In this document: positions 1-12,597 of the stretch, piece by piece
How positions within the stretch are numbered: the stretch's first letter is position 1
How the letters are laid out: every line of letters starts with the position of its first letter
Origin: Octopus sinensis
Lineage: Eukaryota
DNA: 64,000 nucleotides
Assembly (NCBI RefSeq): GCF_006345805.1
Contig: NC_043009.1
Span: 47,182,001 to 47,246,000, forward strand
Direction: 5' to 3'
Made by a program: the position numbers and the translations under genes
The notes under the pieces: model-generated
Database searches by the model: none
The model's input: only the letters and a program-made list of their open reading frames with translations
What the model was told of the DNA's origin: nothing

Positions 1-189
1 AACGATGGTTTGCCGAACGACTAAAATGTGGTGACAGTGAATAAAATATCTGTAATGCAATAACAATTTTAAATTCTTCCTTTCACAAATTATGAAATAA
101 CTTCTATCATTTATTTCTGTCTGTTTATTTATTTTTTTCCTTTTATTTCTTTTCAGGTTATCGGTCATTTTGCATATGTTGTTCGCAGA

Positions 190-1063
190 ATGTACAGTCT
201 TTTCGGAAAGTCAAGCCATTCAGTGTCTGACGGTGTGGAAAATACGGCTACAGTGAGATCTAGTAATTTAAATCCGGATAAATCATCTGCTCACAATGGG
301 ACCAGTATCGACTCTACAAAGAGATCAGACTACAACACGGAAGCCTGTCAGCGAGACGAGCACCATATCAAAGACTCTGTTTCAGAGAGTACAGACATGG
401 CTGCCTCACATCAATGTATGGAGAGCGGCAACAATAGAAAGAAAAAGAAGAAGAAACCCAAGATCAAAAAGTGCTCGAAAGCCCAAAAATCAAATAACAC
501 CATGAGTAATGAAAGTGATATGGAAGGCAAAATTGTTGATAAGAACATTCGAGATCAACATTGCGTCTCTGAGTCTTCATTATCAGGTTCTACTGGTAGC
601 GAAGACGTTTTGACAGGGAATTCCGAAACACGGTTAACAAAAGACAATGGCGATGACAAAAAACCGGAAGCAGAAACAAGGGCAAAAATTTCCTCTGGAT
701 GCAATTTACCACCAGCAAAAAGCAAGAAACTTCAAAAGAGTTTATCAAGGACGTTATCGAATTTAGATTTCGAGAACTGTAATCCAGAGATTTGTGTGAC
801 CCTCATGCATCGGCCTTCAATCCAGAGTGTTGGAGCTCTTAAAAGAAAATTAAAGAGTTGTACAACTGAATGGCTTCAGTCGTTTGTAAAACAAGGCGGC
901 CTCGACAACTTGCTAGATTTTAGCATAGGAGACCGCCATGTTATTCAATTATCAGATGCCTTATTACTATTGGAGTGTATTTCCTGTATTCGTGTCGTCA
1001 TGAACTCTCGGCAGGGACTTGAATATATCATAAATACAAATTATACCAAAAAGCTGGTAAAAA
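190..1063 (+). CDS. INF2: INF2-like formin, coding exon 1 (N-terminal extension plus start of GBD/DID)
   Basis: Acceptor TTTCAG|G at 156/157, ATG at 190, donor A|GTAAGT after 1063 (phase 1). The C-terminal part LKRKLKSCTTEWLQSFVKQGGLDNLL...LLLECISCIRVVMNSRQGLEYII matches the INF2-type DID armadillo repeats. Confidence 0.9.
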
Positions 1064-1403
1064 GTAAGTATACTAACATATTTCGTGTCTGATTCGTTTT
1101 ACCCTTTTGCTGTTCTATAATTTTTTAGAATAAATTATTTAATATTAAATGAAATCACAGAGCAATAAAATTAGTTTCTGAGTTGCAGAATCGATCATAT
1201 GTGAAAGCATAACAGAATAATTCAATAATTCAAGTACATAATTATTTCAAACTATATTTACTTATAAAATGAGTGAGTTTTAGCAAACCGAATTTAGTAA
1301 ACCGAATTTGGGAATTTATGATACCGAAACAAGAGGATTTCTGTAAATTTGCTACTAAATGCGAACAGCCAATGCACAATCAGGAAAAAAAAACTATTGT
1401 CCT

Positions 1404-1754
1404 ATGGTTCAGTCCCACTGCGTGGCATCTTCGGCAAGTGTCTTCTACTATAGTCTCGGCCCAACCAAAGCCTTGTGAGTGGATTTGGTAGACGGAAACT
1501 GAAAGAAGCCCGTCGTATATATGTATATATATGTATGTATGTGTATATGTTTGTGTGTCTGTGTTTGCCCCCCCCCCAACATGGCTTACAACTGATGGTG
1601 GTGTGTTTACGACCCCGTAACTTAGCAGTTCGGCCAAAGAGACCGTTAGGATAAGTACTAGGCTTACAAAGAATAAGTCCTGGGGTCGATTTCCTCGACT
1701 AAAGGCGGTGCTCCAGCCTGGCCGCAGTCAAATGACTGAAACAAGTAAAAGAGT
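1404..1754 (+). mobile_element. SINE group B (tRNA-derived, CORE-like CTTGGGCAAGTG block, internal microsatellite), 5'-truncated
   Basis: Same sequence as the full copies at 18286 and 39650; ends GAAACAAGTAAAAGAGT. Confidence 0.85.
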
Positions 1755-1996
1755 ATATATATATATATATAATATATATATATATACGTGTATTTGCCAT
1801 TGAAATATGGCTAACCTTTAAGAGTGGATGCTACTGTAGTTTGTAGCCCCAGGTGGCCACCGCCTCCAGCTGGCTATAGATACACTTTCTGTGCCCTCTC
1901 AGTATTTGCAAAGGGAAGTCATCCTTCCCGTCTTCAACTTATGATACACACGAACTCGAGTTTCTGGGTATTGACCCATCATCGGCGTGTGACAAT

Positions 1997-2069
<73 letters not shown>

Positions 2070-2501
2070 ATATATATATATTCTGCTTGTGTGGGAAGTA
2101 GAGATATTCGGTGCAAGGATTGTATTCGAATTGAGTATAAACTATTGATAGAAAATTCTGAAAGGATGTAGTTAAGAAATAGAAATACAAGGAAAAGATT
2201 TAGAATCGGAACTGAGGAAACAATAAAGAACAATAGAAAGGGGTGGATGGGGTTCAAACATGGACTGGACGTATGCAAGTGTTGTAATGAAGTCAACAAA
2301 CACGCTGCTGACGCATATACAGAAAGATTAGATCTCATCTTCAGAAAAGCCACCCGACTGATTGATAAGAATTTACCCGCCAGCACACCCCAGTGTCTGA
2401 TCCGCAGACGTACTGCCTCCTCTTGCCATCCGCACTGTCTTCCTTTACCCTCTCAGCCCCGTACGAAACAGTACGCCAAGTCCTTCCTCCTTAGAATATA
2501 T

Positions 2502-2731
2502 ATATCTTTACTGCCCACAAGGGGCTAAACATAGAGGGGACAAACAAGGACAGACAAAGGGAGTAAGTCAATTACATTGACCCCAGTGCGAAACTGGTAC
2601 TTTATTTATCGACCCCGAAAGGATGAAAGGTAAAGTCGACCTCGGCGGAATTTGAACTCAGAACATAACGACAGACGAAATACCGCTAAGCACTTCGCCC
2701 GGCGCGCTAACGTTTCTGCCAGCTCGCCGCC
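2502..2731 (-). mobile_element. SINE group C, full length
   Basis: Head GGCGGCGAGCTGGCAGAAACGTTAG, B-box-like GAGTTCAAATTCC; TSD TTAGAATATA at 2491-2500 and 2732-2741. Confidence 0.9.
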
Positions 2732-3246
2732 TTAGAATATAGGTTTCCTGCACTTTATTCATGGGTTAGCAAAGCTACCAATGGTGCACAAACATACACA
2801 CTCACGCACACACACACACACGCACACACTCCCCCCTCTCTCTCTCTCTATCTCTCTCTCCCTCCTTCTCTCTCTCTCTATTCTAGAACACAGGGAATAC
2901 TGCTGTGTTGTGTGTGCGCATATGTGTATGGTTATTTGTTGTTATTGAGTAGCCTTATATCAAATTTACATTGTACAATATTCTGAAGATCACTGTCCAG
3001 GGTTTATTTATATATTTATTTATTTTTTTGTTTGTTTGTTTGTTTATTTATGTATTTATCTAATATAGCAATTGGAGAAAAACAGTGTTTGTTTACAGGC
3101 TTTATTAAATAACCAATCACTAATTAACTACAGAACGGCTTATGTGACCTGGCCATGTCACTGTTATTTTTTCACTGTCTTGACAATGTTCAGTGGAAGA
3201 CATACACCTACGCACATATAAACACACGTATACACACACACACACA

Positions 3247-3278
<32 letters not shown>

Positions 3279-3300
3279 TACGTATACACACATACACATA

Positions 3301-3516
3301 TTGGCTTCAAATTTTGGCACAAGGCCAGCGATTTCGAGGATGAGTTGATTATATCGACCCCCAGGGATCAACTGCTACTTATTTTATCGACATTAAAAGG
3401 ATGAAAGGTTAAAGTCAACTTCGGCGACATTTGAACTCAGAACATAGAGATTGACGAAGTGCTGCTAAGCTTTTTGCCCGGCGTGCGTGCTAAGAATTCC
3501 GCCAGCTCGCCGCCCT

Positions 3517-3556
<40 letters not shown>

Positions 3557-3791
3557 GTGTGTGTGTGCCTATTCTAAGCACAAGGTCTTGAAAATAATTG
3601 GGTGAAGGGGCTAGTCGATTACATCGACTCCAGTGTGCATCTGGTACTTATTTTATCGACCCCGAAAGAATGAAAGCAAAGTCGACTTCGGCGGAATTTG
3701 AACTCAGAACGTAGCGGCACACGAAATATCGCATTACATTTTGCTCGGTGTGCTAGCGATTCTACCAGCTCGCCGCCCTCATCCCTACCTC

Positions 3792-3829
<38 letters not shown>

Positions 3830-4012
3830 GAATCGTTTAGACTCCGTGAAAAATGCTTAGCGGCATTTCGTCCGTCTTCACTTCTGAGTTCAAATCCCGC
3901 CGAGATTGAATTTGCATTTCATACTTCCGGAATCAGTTGAACACCGGGGTCAGTGTAATCGACTCAACTCCTCACCCGAATTTGCTGGCCTTGTGCCAAA
4001 ATTTGAAATCAA
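3301..4012. mobile_element. Cluster of three SINE C2 copies (C head/body, alternative tail GGCCTTGTGCCAAAATTTGAA): about 3301-3514 (-), 3575-3778 (-), 3825-4012 (+)
   Basis: Repeated AAGTCGACTTCGGCGGAATTTGAACTCAG blocks and their reverse complement. Confidence 0.8.
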
Positions 4013-5065
4013 TATTAAATAAATTTTTACTGAGCAACAATTTTCGACTCTATGTATAAAATACACGTACACCCTTACCTGTAACACACACACATGCACA
4101 CACATTAAATCGTGTCTAAAATACTGAAGCATTGAGAAACATGACGGGAGCAAAAGAATTTAATTTAAAGTAAAATTTCCAGAACCATGTGCAACCTAAC
4201 ATTGAATGTATATTATATTTTTCCGGGTTTTCAGCGTTATAAATCTTGTGCAGAATTGCTTGTGGGAAACTCAAGGACTTCGAGTTATATAATCAATCTA
4301 ATATCGATCTAGTGTCAACTATGAACCACAAGTGATTTACTTCAATTACTGCAACAACTGAAATACAAATATTAACTTTTAATCAGTCATTAAGTTTTAC
4401 ATCTGTTGCAAATGTACAATAATCGAAATAAATGTTATTCGTGGAGCTATTTATATATATATATGTATCGCCATATTTTAAAATGGTGTACAGAAGTGGA
4501 CGAATAACTAAGACAGACACGAACACGTACACTTATATGTATGGGTGTATGTGTTTGTATATACACACACATATGCATAGCGAGGCAGGGGGATGGCTGT
4601 GTGGTTATGAAGCTTGTTTCCCAACCATATGAGATTCAAGGTATGTGGGACAACATTATCTAATGTCTCTTGTCCTCATAAAAGACGGGTAGGATGTGAT
4701 TTGGGGAAAGATTTAACTGCTATTTCTTGCACGTCGAGCGACCACAAAGAGGCATTGTCTTCAGCTCATTAAGCGTAGAATTAATTAATATGGTAGTAAA
4801 TAAAAACAATCCTTTTACCCGAGTTCAAATTCATGCTGTCACACAGAAACACAACTCAAACTCTAAAATATAATCCAACGAATGTTTACTTCTTTAAGCT
4901 CTTCGATCTCCGTCGGTGACTTTAAGCCCTTCGCTCCCCGTCGGCGACTTTTCTTCACCGTCCTCAACTCAGGCTTGTCTTTTTCTCTCCCTGGTCTTGT
5001 TAGCTTTAAATCATCATCAGTGCTTCTGTAACTTAGCTTCTAACTAGAGATGTTAGCCCTAGCAG

Positions 5066-5382
5066 CTTGGGCAAGTGTCTTTTACTAAGGCCTCGGGACT
5101 ACCAAAGCCTTGTGAGCGGATTTGGTAGGCAGAAACTGAGAGGCGGTGAGCTGGCAGAAACGTTAGCACGCCGGGCGAAATGCTTAGCGATATTTCGTCT
5201 GCCGCTTTGTTCTGAGTTCAAATTCCGCCGAGGTCGACTTTGCCTTTCATCCTTTCGGGGTCGATAAATTAAGTACCACTTACGCACTGGGGTCGATCTA
5301 ATCGACTTAATCCCTTTGTTTGTCCCCTCTATGTTTAGCCCCTTGTGGGCAATAAAGAAATAAGAAACTGAAAGAAGCTCAC

Positions 5383-5413
<31 letters not shown>

Positions 5414-5606
5414 TTGCTCCCCCATCGTTTGGCAACCGATGTTGGTGTGTGACTTAGCGGTTCAGAAAAAGATACCGATAAAATAAGTACTAGGCTTAAA
5501 AAGAATAAGTCCTGGGGTCCATGTGTTCGACTAAAAACCCTTTAAGGCGGTGTGCTCCAGCATGGCTGCAGTCAGATGACTTAAACACGTAAAAGAATAA
5601 AAGAAT
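5066..5606 (+). mobile_element. SINE B interrupted by a full SINE C (5142-5362)
   Basis: B sequence resumes after the C insert; TSD AGAAACTGA at 5131-5139 and 5363-5371. Confidence 0.88.
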
Positions 5607-6179
5607 AGTCTGGTCTCTATCCTTTGACCTATCCAACATAGCCAGCCGCCAGCGCTGTCTCGAGCTTGCGCAGTGCTGGCATAGTTTTTAAGATTATTGA
5701 GTCACACAAAAACCGGACTTTGTGGTGATCAACGAATCTAAAACCACATAAAAGTACTAATTAGAAAAAATCTTTTAGACAGAAAAAGAAAAATCTATGC
5801 AGAGCTTATTAAACATAACAAGGCACCTTTTTTTATTACTTTAGTTTTATTTTTTAAACGATTTCCCCATTCGTATTTACCTTTCCCTTTCTCCCATTTA
5901 CGTATTAAAGACGCCATTTTATATTTCTGCTTCTGTCTAAATATTTCAGTGGCAGCTTTTGTTGTTTTAGCCCGCTTCTGTCAAAACCTTTCCCTGGTTG
6001 GCTGGTTTCTAGTAAAGCAGATTTATGTGTCAAACAATGTTTGGTTTATCGATTTAAAGATCAGAAATAATGCAATGTTTGCAGAATGACCAGTGGAATG
6101 GTGAAGCCAGAGAGAAAGAGTGAAAGGTATAGGCCTGTTTGGTCTGGCACTGGCTTTAATTGTGTAATACATAGCAAAT

Positions 6180-7070
6180 GTTAATAACGATGGTGGTGTT
6201 GGAGGTAGTGTTAGCATTGGAGGCAGTGTTGGGGGTAGCGCTGGTGTTGGAGATAGTATAGGTGTTGGTGGTTGTGGTGACATTACTTGGTGATAGTGCT
6301 GGTGGTGTTGTGCTATGAATTAGGATGGTGATGTTGGTAGTGTTGATGGTGATGGTGGTGATGGTGGTGGTGCAGGTCGTCGTCGTCGTTGTCGTATCAT
6401 TAGTGTTTATAATGGCAGTTATTAAGTAGATATTTTTGGTGGCCTTACTAATTATAAAGTTGTTGTTGTTGTTGGGTGGTGGTGATGGTGGTGATTGTAG
6501 TGGTGGTGGTGGTGGGATGGAGGTGGTGGTGGGGATGGAGATGGTTGTTGTTGTTGTTAAGCAACAAGACGGGTAAGGGTGATTAGGTGATGGTCTAGGG
6601 CTTAGGGGCGGGATACCCCAGACCTTGGAAAAAAGAAAACTGGTCGTCTTGTTGTAGTCGAGGGCTCTTCGTTGACGCCCGGCACCACTGGGAGGTGGCC
6701 CTCGAAGTCGCTGGAAATAGAGATCTCCAGGTCCAAATTCTTGAACGGCTGATGGTGGTATTTAAGTTTGTGGTGGTAGCAAGGAAATAGTACTAGCAAT
6801 GATGATGATCATGGTGGTGGTAGTGAAGACGGTGGTGGTGGTGGTGGTGGCAATGATGATCATGGTGGTGTCAATAGTGGAGGGATTAGCGATAGTAATC
6901 ATGACGATGATGATGGTAGTGATGGTGGCGATGACAGTTATGATGATGGTGGTGGCGGTGGTATTATTGATGAGAATGGCTTTGGTGGTGGTGGTGGTGG
7001 TGGTGGTGCTAATGATTATGGTGGTAGTAGTAGTGTTGATGGAGATGATGGATTAGTCGTAGTTAATTAT
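6180..7070. repeat. Degenerate (GGT)n/(GAT)n/(GTT)n trinucleotide low-complexity tract with a non-repetitive island at about 6600-6780
   Basis: Visible runs of ggtggtggt, gatgatgat and gttgttgtt. Confidence 0.9.
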
Positions 7071-7334
7071 TAATAGTTCATTAATCGTTGATTTCTCTAA
7101 AGAATGCCAAGTACTCTCCATGGTGCCAGCACACACACTTATGATCATCCTGTGTTAATCTAATCTCATAATAAATTCTCTCTTTTGATATTTCTAAGTA
7201 GCAACTTAACTACGAGGGAAGTTTGATAGATTCATGTTCAGGCATGAAGTGAAATAGCAAGAATGAATTTGAAATCCCAATGCTTGACCAGGGGTCCCGT
7301 GAGTTTACAACCCACATATACACGTTTTGTTATA

Positions 7335-7380
<46 letters not shown>

Positions 7381-7383
<3 letters not shown>

Positions 7384-7582
7384 TCTTATTACCCACAAGG
7401 GGCTAAACATAGAGGGGACAAACAAAGACAGACAAACGGATTAAGTCGATTACATCGGCCCCAGTGCGTAACTGGTTCTTAATTTATTGACCCCGAAAGG
7501 ATGAAAGGCGAAGTCGACCTCGGCGGAATTTGAACTCAGAAGCACTTCGCCCGGCCTGCTAACGTCTCTGCCAGCTCGCCGC

Positions 7583-7583
<1 letters not shown>
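7381..7583 (-). mobile_element. SINE C within (TA)n
   Basis: Matches C copies; internal deletion near the head. Confidence 0.85.
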
Positions 7584-7614
<31 letters not shown>

Positions 7615-7622
<8 letters not shown>

Positions 7623-7867
7623 ATCACGTGGCCGACCAGACCGTCAGATGTTGCTACACATCGCTGGTCGCATTGTTTTAGCCTTCGAATGACACCACCC
7701 CGCTGGCTAAGCGAGCAGGCCAACAGAAGAAAGAGTGGGAGAAAGAGTGGTGAAATAGTACAGCAGAGATCACTCAATAAACACTCACAACGCCAGGTCT
7801 GGGAATCGAAACCGCGATCCTACGACCGCGTGTCCGCTGCCCTAACCACTGGGCCATTGCGCCTCCA
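7615..7867 (-). mobile_element. SINE D (tRNA-Arg-like head, tail ending CACGTGATCACGTGAT), internally deleted
   Basis: Reverse complement of the 16262 and 31945 copies. Confidence 0.85.
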
Positions 7868-8010
7868 TATATATATGTCCAAATTGTCTGTCTACTAGAA
7901 GGCAAGTACTCGTTCCCACACGCACACTCATTAGCACGTACATACACCCATTCGTACACTCATACACATACACGTACGCACGCGTTATATTCATACATAC
8001 ATATATATAT

Positions 8011-8060
<50 letters not shown>

Positions 8061-8061
<1 letters not shown>

Positions 8062-8166
8062 CCGTAGGAGTGGCTGTATGGTAAGTAGCTTGCTTACGAG
8101 CCACAAGGTGGTGCTCCAACATGGCCACAGTCACATGACTGAAACAAGTAAAGAGAGTAAAAGAGA
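8061..8166 (+). mobile_element. SINE B mini-copy: head fused directly to tail
   Basis: GGAGTGGCTGTATGGTAAGTAGCTTGCTTAC is joined via CCACAAGG to TGGTGCTCCAACATGGCC...GAAACAAGTAAA. Confidence 0.8.
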
Positions 8167-8167
8167 T

Positions 8168-8200
<33 letters not shown>

Positions 8201-8321
8201 TAGATAGATAGATAGATAGATAGACATACAGACATATACTTGCATACGCATATAATATAGATGCATACAATATATATGTATACATAGATGCATACATAGA
8301 CGTACATATATATATATGCAT

Positions 8322-8358
<37 letters not shown>

Positions 8359-8819
8359 TGTTTGTATATGTATGTGTGTGTGTGTGTGTGTGTAGGAGTG
8401 GTGGGTGTAATTACTGTGGTTGAGAGTCTATTTAGACTTCTGCAAAATTCATGACTGCAGCGAAGGGCATTCCTGAGGTACTGGTGTCAAAATACGTGTT
8501 TAATGCTGGGTTTTATGGATGAGACAGCAAAAGGATGTGAAAGAGAAAGAACGGCATCTGATGAATCAGACGGGTTCGTGTGGGAGTGGTACACAGTTTA
8601 ATAGTCCAGGCGAACAAGAACTTATTAGTTATGACAAAAAGAAAAAGAAAACCAATGATGATTCAGCAAGACGAATCATTTATATTTGCTTGTTGAGCCT
8701 TTTCTATTAGTCAGATGAACTTTAAACAGTCTGCGCGCGCATGCACGTGGTTAAGAAACTCGCTTTGCGACCACGTGGTTTCGAGTTAGGTCTCACTGCG
8801 AAGCACATTGGGGAACTGT

Positions 8820-9110
8820 GGAGGCACATGGCCTAGTGGTTAGAGCAGCGGACTCGCGGTCGAGGGATCGTGGGTTCGAATCTCAGACCGGGCAATGTGT
8901 GTGTTTATGAACGAAGCACCTAAGCTCCACGCGACTCCGGCAGAAGGTAATGACGAACTTCTGCTGACTCTTTCGACAGAACTTTCTCTCACTCTTTCCT
9001 CCTGCTTCTTGCAACTCACCTACGACAGACCGGCGTCCTGTCCAGGTGGGGAACCTATACGCCAGGGAAACCGGGAAACCGGCCCTAATGAGCTCGAGAA
9101 GGAACAAACA
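8820..9110 (+). mobile_element. SINE E (tRNA-Arg-like head, third tail type) nested in a degraded B-like SINE (about 8736-9195)
   Basis: Perfect 15-bp TSD ACATTGGGGAACTGT at 8805-8819 and 9111-9125. Confidence 0.88.
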
Positions 9111-9207
9111 ACATTGGGGAACTGTTTTCTTCTGCAGCCCCGTCCTGACTAATGCCTTGTAAGTTAGACGGAAACTATGTGGAAGTCTATCGTGTCGTAT
9201 ATATACA

Positions 9208-9400
9208 CAGGGTTATTCAAAAAGAAGCAACCGATTTCATTACACAATACTTTAATAAGGAAAAGCAATAGAAAACTCCAGCTAAGTCACAAGTATTTAC
9301 TCACAATCAACTTTTATTTCCTGTCTTACGAGTGTTCAATGTGTCACCACCTGCAGCACGGGTAACATCAATGCGATAAGAGAATTCATCCCAGACACAT
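9208..9400 (-). mobile_element. Tc1/mariner-superfamily end fragment (TIR-like end plus last codons of a transposase)
   Basis: CAGGGTTATTCAAAAAGAAG end. The minus strand reads VWDEFSYRIDVTRAAGG, resembling IS630-Tc1-mariner transposase C-termini. Confidence 0.5.
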
Positions 9401-10134
9401 ATTAATTGATTTATTCTCACTTGTCAGAAAAAGGATGGCATATTAAGTATAGCTTACAAGATGAATAACAATTACCAGTGGTTAGGGAATTTTAGATAAT
9501 TGTAATGTTTTCATTGTCCAAATATACGGTATACAATCAAAAAGCTTTCTGATAACCCGGCCACTGTACAACCAAATTTCTGCGGGTTGTTTTCTTAATT
9601 GATATTGTTGTGTACAGTTTCGTATTTTCATTTTTTACCATTGTTGGTGACACGACGATTCTGTGAGAAATGGCCGAGCCACGCTGTGATGTATCTTATA
9701 TACAATGTCCTAACTGGCTTTTGGTCGGTAGCTTTTAGCTTGGGTGGTTTACCAATTTTTTAAATAAGTATAAAGGCAGACGACAGCCATTTTGGCAATC
9801 CTAACATAGCCACATTCAGTTTCGATATACTCGTAGTAATTTTAAAATTCGTCTATAAAAGGTGAAATCCTTTTGTCGATATTATATGATCTGGGCCTGA
9901 GAATATTTTGTTTGTCATTTTCTGCACTGTGATGTGAATTTCATGTTATGCTTATTCAACAAGTTCACGGTAGTCTTGCTCTAGTTCTCTCGCCCAGAAA
10001 GCCAGCTTGATTAACTATTTTCTCCCATTCATAGACTTTCTGTAGTTTACGTTGAAGCTGTTATTTAGGTAATGTAATTTATTTGTAGCAACATAGAGCG
10101 TTAGCTTAGAGATTTAGAGTAAACCACGTTCTGT

Positions 10135-12480
10135 AATGAGAGGTGAAGGTGGATGAGTGTCAGATCACTTCTTAATGCAGGGTAAGTTGAAGGTATGCTC
10201 AAAATGGAATGCTAGATGAGTGACAAGGAGGAGAGAGGTTGTGAAGGTGAGTGAACTGGATAGGAGGGAAAAGGAGCAGGAGTATGTAGAGAAAGTGAGA
10301 GTTGAATATGAACAGGTTAAGAAACGAGAGGTAGGAGAAGTGGAAGAGGAGTGAGAGGCTTTTAAAGAGGCAGTAATGAGATGTGCCTCTGAGGTATGTT
10401 ATACACAAGTGGTGGAATGGGTGTGAGGAAAGGTAGTGAGTAGTGGAATGAGCAGGTAAGGGATGTGGTGGCAGAGAAGCAAAGAACATTTGAAGAGTGG
10501 TTGCAGAAACGGGACTGAGAGGCTTATGATCGATACAGAGAAGTGAAGGGGAGAGTAAAGAGAGTGGTGAGGGTGGTGAAATTGGAGGCAAGCGACAGGT
10601 TCGGGAAAAAGTCGAGGGAAAATTTTGTAAGAAATAAAAAGATGTTTTGGAAAGAGGTACAGAGGGTAAGGAAGGTGGTTTGAGGAATGGTAGCAAGGGT
10701 GAAGGATATAAATGGAAATTTGAGGATGTACAAAGGAGGTGGGCAGAGTATTTTAGTGAGCTGTTAAATGTAGAGGATGTTAGGGAAGTAAGTATAGTGG
10801 CTGTAGGAAAAGAGAGGAGAATGTCTGTTGTTGGGGAATGGAACTACGGTGCAATTGGAAGAGCGGAGTGAGGGAATCCTTGCAGAAGATCGCAAACCGG
10901 AAGGCGCCAGGTATAGTGGAATGCCTAAAGAAAGGCGGCGTGACAGTGCTTGAATGGCTAGTGCGGCTTATGAATGTTTGTTATATGGCTGGAAGAGTAC
11001 CGAAGGCCTGGTGCAGTGCCTGTATAGTGCCACTGTACAAGGGGAAAGGGGATAAATGCGAGTGTGGAAAATTTAGGGGTATAAGTCTGTTGTGTGTGGT
11101 TGGTAAACTGTATAGAAGAATTCTGATTGTTAGGGTGAGGAACCAGACAGAGAGTATACTAAGGGAGGAGCAGTGTTGTTTTAGGTGTGGAAGTGGGTGT
11201 GCAGATCAAATATTTGTAGTAAGGCAGATGTTTGAGAAGCTTTTGGAAAAAGGGAGGGAGGTGTTTTGGGCCTTTATGGACCTAGAGAAGGCACATGACC
11301 GTGTGGATAGGGATGCAATGTGACAGGTGTTGAGGTTGCATGGAGTAGATGGTAGATTGTTGAGAGCTGTTCAGAGTTTTTAGAGAGACAATAGGGCATG
11401 CGTTAGGGTAGTTGTTGAAGTAAGTGAGTGGTTTTATATGAAAGTGGGGTTAAGACAGGGTTGTGTGATGTCTCCGTGGCTGTTTAATCTATATATGGAT
11501 GATGTGGTGAGAGAGGTAAATGCTAGAATCTTTGGTAGGGGAGGCCAAATTGTGGGAGAAAATGGTGAGAAATAGCAGGTGAGTGAGTTGTTGTTTGCTG
11601 ACGATACAGTACTGGTGGCGGATTCGAAATAGCAACTGAGGAGACTGGTGGTAGAGTTTGGGAGAATGTGTGAAAGGAGGAAACTGAAAGTGGATGTAGC
11701 TAAGAGTAAGGTGATGAGATGCTCGAGAGAGGGAATGGCTGGTAGGATGGATGTGAGTATAAATGATGAGATGTTAGAGGATGTGAGTATTTTTATCTGG
11801 GATCCCATGCGACGGCAGATGGGGGCTGGCTGAGGAGGTGGGATACAGAGTGAGGGAGAGAAGTAAGATACTTGGAATTGTGAAAGGTATGCTGAGATAA
11901 AAGTTTGAGTATGAAAGTGAAAAGAGGTGTGTATGTGGGCGTGATTGTGCCGACAATGTTATATGGTGCAGAGACGTGGGGTCTGAGAGAGGGAGAAAGG
12001 AGGCGACTAGATGCGTTTGAGATGAGATGTCTGAGGGCTAAAGTTTGTGTGACACAGATGGACAGGATGAGGAATAAGCAGGAATGAGAAAAAAAACTAA
12101 CAACCAAATTGGATAGACGAATGTTGAGGCGGTTTGGTCACATGGAGAGGATGGATAAAGAGTGGATGGTAAGAAGAGTGATGAAGGCAGAAGTGGTAGG
12201 CAGCAGAACCAGAGGCACACCTCGGTTGTGTAGATGGATGGAGTGGGGAAAGCTTTGGTGGTTAAAGAAATTGAAGTAAGAGAGGCAAGAAAATTTACAA
12301 CTGATACGAAAGCTCGGAGAGTGCGGGGGTAAACCAGCTGCTGATATTGGAGGTTGCCTTAACCTAGCATAGAACGGGGCTCACCTCTTTGAGCTTGGAA
12401 ATGAATGGAATGCCTTGTGTGTGCCTTGTTGTGGCTACCCACTCCAAAAAATGGAGAATAGACCTGGGTATATATATATA
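10135..12480 (+). mobile_element. RTE-clade LINE, 5'-truncated, dead (ORF2 pseudogene plus 3' UTR)
   Basis: APE end motif VSDHF, RT motifs GKGDK..C..FRGISLL, FMDLEKAHDRV, GLRQGCVMSPWLFNLYMD, LLFADDTVLV, and C-terminal LYGAETW..R..DAFEMRCLR; many stops and frameshifts. Confidence 0.92.
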
Positions 12481-12597
12481 TATACATAATTCAGGGTGAA
12501 TACTTGATAAGAGTAAGCACCTGTATATGCCAGCTAGTAGCAGAGGTGAGAGGGTATATGCATCAAATGAAATAAAAAACAGAACACAAAGGATGTC

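Noticed and set aside
2170-2490. L2/CR1-like 3' remnant (ORF 2247-2528)
   Set aside because: The similarity (RT..Y..SF) is too short to call.
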